Origin: Alphaproteobacteria bacterium
GTDB lineage: Bacteria > Pseudomonadota > Alphaproteobacteria > UBA828
DNA length: 26,338 bases
Assembly: GCA_963422645.2 (NCBI GenBank)
Contig: CAXXVO010000003.1
Span: 1-26,338 of the forward strand
Direction of reading: 5' to 3'
The translations under genes were made by a program, and so were the position numbers. Shown piece by piece: positions 1 to 8,437 of this stretch. The notes under the pieces are model-generated. The model was not told the DNA's origin, made no database searches, and saw only the letters and a list, made by a program, of their open reading frames with translations. Each line of letters opens with the position of its first letter. The first letter of the stretch is position 1.

Positions 1-1
1 C

Positions 2-467
2 TACAGCAAGTTCCTGACCTATGGCGGCGTGGTCCGAGCGCGAGTACGGCAAGCGCGCCGAGCTCGACCGTCCGCCGGCGCTCACGGCACAATACCGCAA
101 CCGCGAAGGCGTGACCGGATTCGTCGGCGGGCGCTGCAGCCAGTGCGGCACGGTGCAGTACCCGAAGGCGATCTACTGCGTGAATCCGAACTGCGGCGCC
201 AAGGACACGCAGGAGCCCCATCCCATGGCGGACGTGCCGGCCACGGTGAAGACCTTCACCGCGGACCATCTCGTGTTCTCCATGGATCCGCCCGCTTACC
301 TGGGTCTCGTCGAGTTCGAGGGCGGCGGGCGCACGATGGTGGAGTTCACGGAGGTGGATCCCGAGAGCTTCGACGTCGGCACGCCGATCAGCATGCGCTT
401 CAGGATCAAACACGTGGATGAACGGCGCGGCATGCGTCAATATTTCTGGAAGGCGGCGCCCGACTAG
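2..467 (+). CDS. 3' part of a Zn-ribbon/OB-fold (DUF35) thiolase-partner protein, 5'-partial, with an apparent +1 frameshift near 33-36
   Basis: ORF 21..467 has GGRCSQCGTVQYPKAIYCVNPNC (Zn ribbon) followed by an OB fold ending in YFWKAAP, directly upstream of a thiolase. That frame is closed by TGA at 15-17, while the frame starting at base 2 reads YSKFLTYGGVV and joins EREYGKRAELD if one C of GTGGTCCGAG is removed. Confidence 0.8.
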
Positions 468-493
468 GGCGGCGCGGCGCGAGAGGTAGAGAG

Positions 494-1696
494 ATGGCCA
501 ACGGAATTCGAGACAAGGTCGCAATCCTCGGCATGGGCTGCTCGAAGTTCGGCGAGCGGTGGGATGCCGAGCCCTCGGACCTGATGGCCGAGGCGTTCGA
601 AGAGTGCATCGCCGACGCCGGGATCGAGCGTACGCAGATCGATGCGGCGTGGCTGAGCACCGCGTTCGATTCCGTCAACGTGGGGCCGAGCGCGCTACCG
701 CTCGCAACCGCGCTACGGCTAGGCTACATCCCCGTCACGCACGTCGAGAACATGTGCGCGAGCGGAACGGAGGCGTTTCGCGGCGCCTGCTACGCGGTGG
801 CCTCGGGGGCTGCGGACTTTGCGCTCGCGCTCGGCGTGGAGAAGTTGAAAGACACCGGCTATGGCGGCCTGCCGGCGCGGTCGCGCGGGGTCACCACCGA
901 TCTCTTCTCGCCAAACGTCTCCGCTCCCGGCGCATTCGCGCAGCTCGCGGCCGGCTACCGCGGTGCCCACGGCATCGACAGGGACGACCTCAAGCGCGCG
1001 ATGGCCCACGTCTCAGTCAAGAGCCACGCGAACGGCGCGCGCAATCCCAAGGCGCACCTCAGGCGCGAGATCACTCACGAACAGGCCGTTGCCGCGCCGA
1101 TGGTCGCGGAGCCCATCGGCCTCTTCGATTGCTGCGGCGTCAGCGACGGTGCGGCCTGCGCCATCGTCACCACACCGGAAATCGCGATGACGCTGGGCAA
1201 GACCGATGTCGTGACAGTCAAGGCCCTGCAGCTCAGCGTCTCGAACGGCGAGGAGATCGGTTTCAACGCCTGGAACGGCGCCCACTTCAAGACCACCCGC
1301 ATCGCCGCCCAGCGCGCCTACGAGGAGGCCGGTATCGACAATCCGCGCAAGGAAATCAGTGCGACCGAGGTCCACGACTGTTTCTCGATCACGGAGTTGG
1401 TGACCATGGAGGACCTCGGTCTCGCCGACGAGGGCCAGGCCTGGAAGGCGGTGCTGGACGGCCGCTTCGACTCAGACGGCGAGATGCCGTGCCAGATCGA
1501 CGGCGGCCTGAAGTGTTTTGGGCATCCCATCGGAGCCTCCGGCCTGCGGATGCTCTACGAGATCTATCTGCAATTCCTCGGCCGCGCAGAGGAACGCCAG
1601 ATCGAGAGCATGCGCTACGGCCTAACCCACAACCTGGGCGGCCATCCCGTGCAGAACGTGTGCAGCGTCGCCATCGTTGGGCACTACGACGGCTGA
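494..1696 (+). CDS. Thiolase-family protein (SCP2/lipid-transfer type acetyl-CoA acetyltransferase)
   Basis: VAILGMGCSKFGE N-terminus, ENMCASG (Cys), EVHDCF and GHPIGASG motifs; GAGGT RBS-like sequence upstream. Confidence 0.93.
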   Translation: MANGIRDKVAILGMGCSKFGERWDAEPSDLMAEAFEECIADAGIERTQIDAAWLSTAFDSVNVGPSALPLATALRLGYIPVTHVENMCASGTEAFRGACYAVASGAADFALALGVEKLKDTGYGGLPARSRGVTTDLFSPNVSAPGAFAQLAAGYRGAHGIDRDDLKRAMAHVSVKSHANGARNPKAHLRREITHEQAVAAPMVAEPIGLFDCCGVSDGAACAIVTTPEIAMTLGKTDVVTVKALQLSVSNGEEIGFNAWNGAHFKTTRIAAQRAYEEAGIDNPRKEISATEVHDCFSITELVTMEDLGLADEGQAWKAVLDGRFDSDGEMPCQIDGGLKCFGHPIGASGLRMLYEIYLQFLGRAEERQIESMRYGLTHNLGGHPVQNVCSVAIVGHYDG

Positions 1697-1788
1697 GACG
1701 CCCGCCGCGCCGACGGCATCGACGGCGGACCGCCCTGCCCTCTCGTCTCGGCAGTGATCCGTTCGCAATGCGCTGGGAGCCCTGAGCC

Positions 1789-2634
1789 ATGAATTACGAT
1801 GCGCTCATGGGCTTCGAGATCCCGGAGGTCCGCCAGACCTTCGGCCCTCTCGACGCGGTCCGCTACGCGCTCTCGGTCGGGCTGGGTCGCGATCCTCTCG
1901 ACCCCTGGCAGCTACAGTTTGTGGACGACCATGCAGGTCCCAGCATCGTCCCCTCGTTCTGCTCGGTGCTCGGGCATCCCGGCTTCTGGCTGGCCGATCC
2001 GCGCACGACGGTCGACGCCAGCCGGCTCGTCCATGCCGAACAGGGAGTTCGCCTGGAGAGGCCCATCCCCAGCGCCGGCACGGTCGTCGGCAAGACCCGG
2101 ATCGTCGAAATCGTGGACAAGGGTGCTGCGAAGGGGGCACTCCTCTACCTCGAGAAGACGCTTCGCGACGCCGACACGGGCGAGGTCATCGCGACCGAGA
2201 CGCGCACGATCATGCTGCGGGGCGACGGCGGCTACGATGGACCGTCCGGTACGCCTCGCCCGGCGCCCGAGGAGCCTGACGGCGACCCCGACTGCGCCGT
2301 TGCCGTGGCGACGCGCCCGGAGCAAGCGCTCCTCTATCGCCTCAATGGCGATCCCAACCCGCTCCATCTCGACCCGGCCGTGGCGAAGGATGCAGGCTTC
2401 GACAGGCCCATCCTCCACGGGCTCTGCACCTTCGGGATCGCCTGCCATGCCATCCTGCGCGAGATTGGGGGCAGTGATCCCGGAGCGCTCCGCAGCATGT
2501 CTGCACGGTTTTCGGCGCCGGTCTATCCGGGCGAGACAGTCGAGGTGGAGATGTGGCGAAACGGCGCCTTTCGCGCGCGGGCGGTCGAGCGCGACGTCTT
2601 TGTCCTTCGTAATGGACTTGCAACGTTCGGCTGA
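1789..2634 (+). CDS. MaoC-family double-hotdog (R)-enoyl-CoA hydratase/dehydratase
   Basis: Hydratase-2 motif YRLNGDPNPLHLDP...ILHGLCTFG; N-terminal YALSVG and LVHAEQ; GGGAG upstream. Confidence 0.92.
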   Translation: MNYDALMGFEIPEVRQTFGPLDAVRYALSVGLGRDPLDPWQLQFVDDHAGPSIVPSFCSVLGHPGFWLADPRTTVDASRLVHAEQGVRLERPIPSAGTVVGKTRIVEIVDKGAAKGALLYLEKTLRDADTGEVIATETRTIMLRGDGGYDGPSGTPRPAPEEPDGDPDCAVAVATRPEQALLYRLNGDPNPLHLDPAVAKDAGFDRPILHGLCTFGIACHAILREIGGSDPGALRSMSARFSAPVYPGETVEVEMWRNGAFRARAVERDVFVLRNGLATFG

Positions 2635-2694
2635 TGGGTCCGCGATACTCAGAGGTTGTTTGGTCGTTATCGCAGCAACAACAGGAAATGACCG

Positions 2695-3446
2695 GTGAAT
2701 GAGGGAAAGGTTGCCATCGTCTCTGGCGCGGGCGGCGGCATCGGACGCGAGATTGCGCTGGCGCTGGCCCGGACCAAGGCCGCCGTCGTCGTCAACGATA
2801 TCGGCGTCTCGCTGACGGGGGAGGGCGGCTCGGCGAGCCCGGCGGAGGAGACGATACGGCTCATCGAGGACGCCGGGGGAACAGCCGTCATCGACACGCA
2901 CAGCGTGGACAACTGGGACAGCGCGCGCGCCATCGTGAAAACCGCGCTCGACTCGTTCGGTCGGATCGACATCGTGGTGAACAACGCCGGTATCCTGCGC
3001 GATACGATCTTTCACAAGATGACGCCCGAGCAATGGCTCTCCGTCATAGGCGTGCATCTCAACGGCAGCTTCTTCCTGAGCCGCGCGGCGGCAGAGCACT
3101 TTCGGCGCCAGGAGTCGGGCGCCTTCGTGCACATGACCAGCACGTCGGGGCTGATCGGCAATTTCGGGCAGGCGAACTACGCGGCGGCCAAGCTCGGCAT
3201 CTGCGCGCTCTCGAAGTCGATCGCGCTCGATATGCGGCGCTTCAACGCCCGCTCCAATTGCATTGCACCGTTCGCCTGGAGCCGGATGACGGGCACGATC
3301 CCGGCGGATACCGACGAGCAAAAGGAACGGGTCGCACGTCTCAAGACAATGACGCCCGCGAAGAACGCGCCGCTCGCCGTCTTTCTCGCGTCAGATGCGG
3401 CGCACGACATCACGGGGCAGGTCTTCGGGACGCGCCACAACGAGAT
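2695..3446 (+). pseudogene. SDR oxidoreductase (3-hydroxyacyl-CoA dehydrogenase-like), C-terminally truncated by an insertion; reads through into element DNA to 3645
   Basis: GAGGGIG, NNAGILRD and YAAAK motifs. SDR-like sequence ends at ITGQVFGTRHNEI and continues as a repetitive tail (GRKSLRIR twice) encoded by the terminal repeats of the insertion. Confidence 0.85.
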
Positions 3447-3453
3447 TGTAGGG

Positions 3454-3573
3454 GGACGAAAGTCATTGCGAATCCGGAAGATGCCGGGAAGAAGGCGGAA
3501 GATGGCGGACGGTCAAGGGGTTGGCGGCGTTTCCGGGGTCTGGCGGGCCGGACGAAAGTCTTTGCGAATCCGG
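3454..3573 (+). repeat. 24 bp direct repeat pair GGACGAAAGTC(A/T)TTGCGAATCCGG, candidate transposase-binding sites
   Basis: Copies at 3454-3477 and 3550-3573 (23/24 identical). A second pair GGCGTTTC(C/A)GGGGT lies at 3526-3539 and 3616-3629. Confidence 0.85.
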
Positions 3574-3716
3574 CCCGGAAAGGGCCGTGAATTGGCTGGA
3601 AGCGGTGATTTTCGGGGCGTTTCAGGGGTGCTGAAAGGCCTGTAAATCGGCGCGGTTCCGGGGGTGCGGATTCGCCGGCAAATCCCGGTGCGGCGCGGTG
3701 CTTCGCCTCGCCCGGT

Positions 3717-4016
3717 CTACGATGCCGGCGTTGTCCCCGCGCCGGCCTCCTTCCCTTCGAGATCGGCGCGCCGCGGGTCGCGTGCGATCTCCTCGTCGGA
3801 GAAGGGCTTTCGCCCGGGGTTCCCGACCTCCCAGCTTTCCATCCATGGCAGCGACTGGCATCCGCAGTTGATCGTCTCGGCGGCGGGTCCGGCGGGATCG
3901 CGGGGATACATGAGCGAAGCGCCGCCGACGGCGAAGGGCTTGTCCACCTCCCTGATCTGCCCGTCGATGGCGTCGTGATTGATACGGGCGCGGAGCTTGC
4001 CGGATCGGCGCCATTG
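3717..4016 (-). pseudogene. C-terminal fragment of a phage minor head/head-morphogenesis protein (Mu gpF / SPP1 gp7-like)
   Basis: WRRSGKLRARINHDAIDGQIREVDKPF...LMYPRDPAGPAAETINCGC matches the W..R..H...GQ....F...P......NCxC pattern of this family. The 5' part is replaced by the element beginning at 4017. Confidence 0.78.
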
Positions 4017-4027
4017 TGAGCGTGCGC
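4017..4027 (+). repeat. Terminal inverted repeat TGAGCGTGCGC
   Basis: 10/11 match to the reverse complement of 9195-9205; coincides with the break in the phage gene. Confidence 0.75.
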
Positions 4028-4115
4028 CCAGCATTTGATGGTGCGGTTTTCGGATTATTTGATGTTCGTGATGCGGCGCTTGGTTGATCTGCGAGAGCGG
4101 TGAGTGGCCTGGCTT

Positions 4116-4985
4116 TCATCGAGACCGCAGGAGCATCTCGTTCCAGTCCTTGGCGTGTCGTGGGCGCAACCTTTTCACCCTTGGATCGTTGAGCACGAGA
4201 TGCTCGGCGGCAGTGTCGCCGGCGCTGTCTGCGTCGTAGGCACAGACGATGCGACGTGGCTTCCACTCCTCGATTCAGGGCGGGACCGAGCTGGCGATGC
4301 CGGCGGTTGAGGCGACGACGGCGCCGTTCTCGCGCGTCCCCTCGACGCGCAGGCTTCGTGCAGAGATGGCGTCGACGGCGCTCTCGGTGAGGATGACGAG
4401 GGCGGGCTGGTTTCGGTCGCAGTGGAGCCAGAAGCCGCCACGCGCCTTGCGCGATCCCGGGGCCATGCCCCTGAAGCGTTTTGTTCCGGGCTGCGGCGCG
4501 GTGCCGAGGATCTCGGCGCCGGTCGTGTGCCCGCTGGCGTTTCGGCAGATGAAGACGGCGTTGATCCTGTCATCGGCGTAGAGGAGGCCTCGGCCGTGGC
4601 AGGCTTCGAGCACGTCGGTGCCGATAGCGCGTTGGCGGATGAGGGCGTCCCGGACCCTGGGCCAGGCGCGGGGACTGGGCCTTGGCAGCCGCAGGCGTCG
4701 CGGGGCGGCTGGGATGGTGGTGATCTCCCTCCGCCCCTCATGGCTTCCGAGGAAGCGGAGGGCTTCCGGGAAGCGGCATCCCGTCGCATGGATGACGAGG
4801 TCGATGGCGCCACCCCCTCCCGTGCCGCGCAGGTGATCGAAGAATTTCTCGCCGTTGATGCTGATGACCGAGCCCCCGCGCTTGAAGCGCGCCCGGTCGG
4901 TCGGGTCTCTGCGGTAGCCGAGGGCGGCGGCGACCCGGTCGAGGGGGATGTTGCGGCAGGTGGCCAGGGGATCGCCGCCGCTCAT
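4116..4985 (-). pseudogene. DUF3991/Toprim primase-like protein with an in-frame TGA at 4275-4277
   Basis: N-terminus resembles a degenerate DnaG Zn-binding domain (FFDHLRGTGGGGAIDLVIHATGCRFPEALRFL) and Toprim motif ILTESAVDAIS follows. Past the TGA the same frame gives IEEWKPRRIVCAYDADSAGDTAA...KDWNEMLLRSR, with stop at 4116-4118. Confidence 0.82.
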
Positions 4986-5026
4986 TGCCGGGTCCCGGCG
5001 AAGGTCTGCTTGGAAGGGAGGCTGAC

Positions 5027-5087
5027 GGCGTTCCCGTTCCTGTACCCTTCAACGCTTAAGAGTTCCGGGAACGGGAACGGGAACGCC
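5027..5087. repeat. Perfect 14 bp inverted repeat containing GGGAAC iterations, candidate replication origin
   Basis: GGCGTTCCCGTTCC (5027-5040) and GGAACGGGAACGCC (5074-5087), 33 bp less GC-rich spacer, (GGGAAC)x3 at 5067-5084. The repeat is seen directly; the origin role is inferred. Confidence 0.7.
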
Positions 5088-6086
5088 TCATCCCGCACTT
5101 CCGTTGATGGCGGCAGGGGATTGCGGCTCCCGGTGCGCCTCGGCGGCTGCGAGGCGATAGCCACCCCTGGGCGCCCGTTCGATGCGCCCCTCCCTGGTGA
5201 GGCTCTCGATGGCGGCAACGACGGTGGCGTTGCGGGCAGCGGCGCGTGAGCGGATCTGGGCTTTCGAGAGCGGCTTTTCGGCCTGCTCGATCGCCTTGAA
5301 GACGCGCTGCTCGACGGTGGCGGGCTCGTGCCTGTCTTCATCTGCCGCGTCCTGGTGCAGACGGAAGGCCGGCCCATGTCCGCCGTCGACGAGTTCCAGC
5401 TCGATGTCGTTGAGGCCCCGGGCGTCGCGCTGCTCGACCGTCATGACGATCTTCTTGTCGCGCCGGCGCAGGTACAGATTTGAGTCACCCCAAGCGTGCA
5501 GCTCGCTGCTCCCGCGCAGGGCCTGCCCCGGCCGGGTGCCGCCGCTCTTGCGGGCGTGGTGGACGAGGAGGACGGCGGTTTCGAAGCGGCGCTGCAGTTC
5601 GCGCAGGAAGCCGAGGATGGGGGCGATCTCTGCGACGGCGTTCTCGTCGACGCTGTGCAGGCGGACCAGGGGATCGAGGATCAGGAGGCGCGGTTCGATG
5701 CGCTCCACGGTCTGCTGCAGGCGTTGACGGTCGCCGGGCCGGTCGAGACGCAGGGTGGGCACGTCGATGACGGCGATGTCGAGTTCGTCGAAGGGGGTGG
5801 CGGCGGCGCGGGCGATCCCCTGCAGACGCTTGCGCACCCTGTGGCCGGCGTCCTCGGCGGCGAAGAGCAGCACGGTGCCGCTTGCGCTGGGGCGGTAGTG
5901 GCGCAGGCATGGGACGCCGGTGGCCACGGCGACGGCGAGATCGAGCGCGAGCAGGGATTTGCCGCACTTGGGCTCGCCGCCGACGATGCCCACGGCCTGC
6001 TCGGCCCACAGCGTGTCCACCATCCACTGTTGCGCCCGGGGGCGATCCTCGAGCTGCATCGGCGCCCGTGTCGGGAAGCCCTTCAC
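5088..6086 (-). CDS. AAA_25 / RepA-like (RecA-fold) helicase with a C-terminal winged-helix-like segment
   Basis: Walker A GEPKCGKS, LFAAED, Walker B LLILDPL, VLLVHHARK, LRGSSELHAW. GTG at 6086 overlaps the ATPase stop (GTGA). The 702 aa track ORF is over-extended. Confidence 0.88.
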   Translation of the reverse strand: MKGFPTRAPMQLEDRPRAQQWMVDTLWAEQAVGIVGGEPKCGKSLLALDLAVAVATGVPCLRHYRPSASGTVLLFAAEDAGHRVRKRLQGIARAAATPFDELDIAVIDVPTLRLDRPGDRQRLQQTVERIEPRLLILDPLVRLHSVDENAVAEIAPILGFLRELQRRFETAVLLVHHARKSGGTRPGQALRGSSELHAWGDSNLYLRRRDKKIVMTVEQRDARGLNDIELELVDGGHGPAFRLHQDAADEDRHEPATVEQRVFKAIEQAEKPLSKAQIRSRAAARNATVVAAIESLTREGRIERAPRGGYRLAAAEAHREPQSPAAINGSAG

Positions 6087-6916
6087 CGCCGTGCCCTCTT
6101 CGGCTTGGCGGGCTCGCCCAGGATCTCCATGAAGAGCTTCTCGTCGAGAACCTCGCGGTTCTTCTCGGCGCCGGCGGCGAGCAGCATGTCGCCCATGACG
6201 GTAAGCGCCCTGGGGTTGCCGCCGGCGTGGGTGACCAGGGTGTCCTTGAGCTCTGCGCTCATGAGGCCCGGATTGCCGGCCTGCTCGACCAGATGGTCGA
6301 GCAGGGCCGCGAGGTCGCCGGCGTCTGCCTGGGTCATGACCAGGCGCTGGCGCAGGCGCGAGGCGATGGGCTGCAAGTCGGGCTGGCGGAGCCTGTCGAT
6401 CAGGCGGCTGTCGCCGGCGAAGACGACCGAGAGGATGGCGCGCGAGTCGAAGTCGGTGGACGCCAGCAGGCGGATCTCGGAGATCACCGAGGGCAGCAGC
6501 TCCTGGGCCTCGTCGATGAGCACCACGGGCCGCATGCGGGTGTCGTCGACATGGGTGAGCCATCGCTCGCGCAGGTTTTTGAAGCTGGCCCAGCGGTTGT
6601 TGTACATCAGGTCGACGCCGAACATCCCGCCGATCTCGCGGTAGAAGTCGGACAGCCTGGAAGAGGGGTGGGTGATGGCACAGACCCTGAGCCCGTCCGA
6701 GCGGCCGAGGCGGTCGGCGAGCACGCGCAACGCCACGCTCTTTCCGGTGCCGGGCTCGCCGGCGATCAACGCGAAGCCGCCCTGGCGCACAAGATGATGC
6801 TCGATTCTGAGGCAGAAGCTGTCGACGGCGGGGCTCACCATGAGGCTGTCGACCGGAAGGTCGGTGGCGAAGGGGTTCCATTTGAGCCCGTAGAAGGTGA
6901 GCAGCTCGCGGTTCAT
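6083..6916 (-). CDS. ExeA-like AAA+ ATPase (transposition helper, TnsC/MuB/IstB-like role)
   Basis: YGLKWNPF N-terminus, Walker A GEPGTGKS, Walker B VLIDEAQ, GNPR; ATGA overlap with the transposase stop. Confidence 0.92.
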   Translation of the reverse strand: MNRELLTFYGLKWNPFATDLPVDSLMVSPAVDSFCLRIEHHLVRQGGFALIAGEPGTGKSVALRVLADRLGRSDGLRVCAITHPSSRLSDFYREIGGMFGVDLMYNNRWASFKNLRERWLTHVDDTRMRPVVLIDEAQELLPSVISEIRLLASTDFDSRAILSVVFAGDSRLIDRLRQPDLQPIASRLRQRLVMTQADAGDLAALLDHLVEQAGNPGLMSAELKDTLVTHAGGNPRALTVMGDMLLAAGAEKNREVLDEKLFMEILGEPAKPKRARR

Positions 6917-8388
6917 GACGGATCTCCCTGATCGTCGTCCTCGCCCGGACCGGGCGTCTTGTTATGGGGTACCCAGGCCGGCGGCAGGCCTGTTGCGGCC
7001 TGGGCGTCGAGCACGCCCTTGAGCAGCGGCGGAAGTTCGCCGACGCCCGCGCTGGCGCCGCCATGGTCGCTGCCGGGTCTCGCAGGACGGCGGACGCCAT
7101 CGGCGTTGCCGCGCTTGTCGAGGGGGTACAGCGTGCACAGCCGCTCGCCGCTTCGGCCTTCCACCAGATCGACGCCGCTGAGGTCCCAGCGCGCATAGCG
7201 GACCCAGAGCGTCCTCAGGTGGCGCCACGGCTGTGGCACCTGGTAGCGGATGCCCTCGACCGAGACGGTGCCGTCCGAGCGCCTGAGCGTGCGCTTCCTG
7301 GCGATGCGGAAGGCCGCCTTGAGCTCGTCCGAGGCGGGGCAGGGCCTCGATGCCTTGACGCTCCCGGCGAGGCGTTCATGCGGCGTCATGCCGAGCTCGC
7401 GGTGCACCCGCCGATGGTAGTCCTGCTCCAGCCAGGCTATGGTGGCGTCGTTGAGCATCTTCAGGGTGAGCGCGTCGACGCCTTCGAGCTGAGCCATCAG
7501 GCGGCCCTCGACCGTGCCCCAGAACGACTCGATTTTTCCATTTTGATGGGGGCTGTAAGCGAGTGTCGTGGCCCCCACGATGCCGAGGCGGTGCAAGCCC
7601 TCCTCGACCTCGCCCGCCGTCATCGGCCCGCCGTTGTCGGTCAGCAGGGACCTGGGCAAGTCCCTCTTCATGAAGGCCTGACAGAGCCCGTGGACGAAGA
7701 CCTCGGCGGTCTCCTCCAGGTACCACTGCAGGTGGCAGCCAAGCCTGGAGTGGTCGTCGAGGAAGCCGAGCAGGATGGGCGTCTGCCATTCGCCCGACGC
7801 CGTCAGCACGCGGCGCTTGCCGTGGTGGAAGTCCCCGTGCCACAGCGCGTGACTGCGAGACACCTCGTAGCTAAGGACCTCGCGGGCTTCGACCGCCGGC
7901 TTGTCCTCACCCTCGTGCCACTTCCTGGGGCGCTCGCGCACCAGGCCGCGATTGCGCATCGCCCGCGTCAGCGTCGCGTAGGACGGCATCGGGCCGAGCT
8001 CGGGATGGGTCGCAACATGAGCCTTGAGGGTCTCGTAGTGGAGCTGCGCCGCCCACGAGGGATGGACCCGGTACTGCTCGCGCAGCGCCGCGATCAGCCC
8101 CGCCGACATGGACCGCTCGCGGCCGACGTCGGTCCGAGGCTTCCGGCGCAGCGCCTTGACCGGGTCCTGCTCCTCTGCCCGCGCCCGGTAGTACCAGCGC
8201 TCGATCGTCGAGGCCGCAAAGCGCACCGGCCCCTTGCCCGACGGGTGCTCCCAGTCGCGCTGCGACAGACGCTCGAACTCGGCCCCCAGCTGGCCTGCAG
8301 GCGGCGGTGAAGCCAGAAGCGGCCCCACCACCGCAAAGCGCAGCCGGGCCCACTTCTCGCGCCTGGCGCCTGCGTCGTCCTTGTCCAT
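6913..8388 (-). CDS. DDE transposase/integrase (rve core, Mu-transposase-like C-terminal domain)
   Basis: Catalytic triad LWHGD / LLTDNG / GKIE; N-terminal HTH (ASTIERWYYR); C-terminal RRSDGTVSVEGIRYQVP. ATG 8388 has GGAGG upstream; alternative start 8484. Confidence 0.93.
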   Translation of the reverse strand: MDKDDAGARREKWARLRFAVVGPLLASPPPAGQLGAEFERLSQRDWEHPSGKGPVRFAASTIERWYYRARAEEQDPVKALRRKPRTDVGRERSMSAGLIAALREQYRVHPSWAAQLHYETLKAHVATHPELGPMPSYATLTRAMRNRGLVRERPRKWHEGEDKPAVEAREVLSYEVSRSHALWHGDFHHGKRRVLTASGEWQTPILLGFLDDHSRLGCHLQWYLEETAEVFVHGLCQAFMKRDLPRSLLTDNGGPMTAGEVEEGLHRLGIVGATTLAYSPHQNGKIESFWGTVEGRLMAQLEGVDALTLKMLNDATIAWLEQDYHRRVHRELGMTPHERLAGSVKASRPCPASDELKAAFRIARKRTLRRSDGTVSVEGIRYQVPQPWRHLRTLWVRYARWDLSGVDLVEGRSGERLCTLYPLDKRGNADGVRRPARPGSDHGGASAGVGELPPLLKGVLDAQAATGLPPAWVPHNKTPGPGEDDDQGDPS

Positions 8389-8437
8389 TCCGGCATCCCT
8401 CCCTCGCCGCATCGGAGAGATGCCCATGTAGAACGCC

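Larger units (their letters stand above)
3447..4016. mobile_element. Remnant end of a probable Mu-like transposable prophage
   Basis: Starts TGTAGGGG exactly where SDR similarity stops, carries subterminal direct repeats and a phage head-morphogenesis gene fragment reading toward the end. Confidence 0.65.

Noticed and set aside
3454-3629. CRISPR mini-array or guide locus for the transposon
   Set aside because: Only two 24 bp copies separated by 72 bp, located outside the five-gene element, and no cas or tnpB gene.
4275-4277. Genome-wide TGA recoding or selenocysteine
   Set aside because: TGA ends many intact genes here (thiolase, MaoC, transposase), and I see no support for Sec at this position.
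4116-4985. Conjugative relaxase or ICE machinery
   Set aside because: No HUH relaxase motif, coupling protein or T4SS genes are visible.
6083-6916. Type II secretion ExeA/GspA
   Set aside because: No secretion genes or peptidoglycan-binding domain; it is coupled to a transposase.
5088-7196. 702 aa ORF as a single protein
   Set aside because: The first ~370 aa overlap the ATPase and transposase in another frame and are Arg/Pro-rich noise; the real start is GTG 6086.
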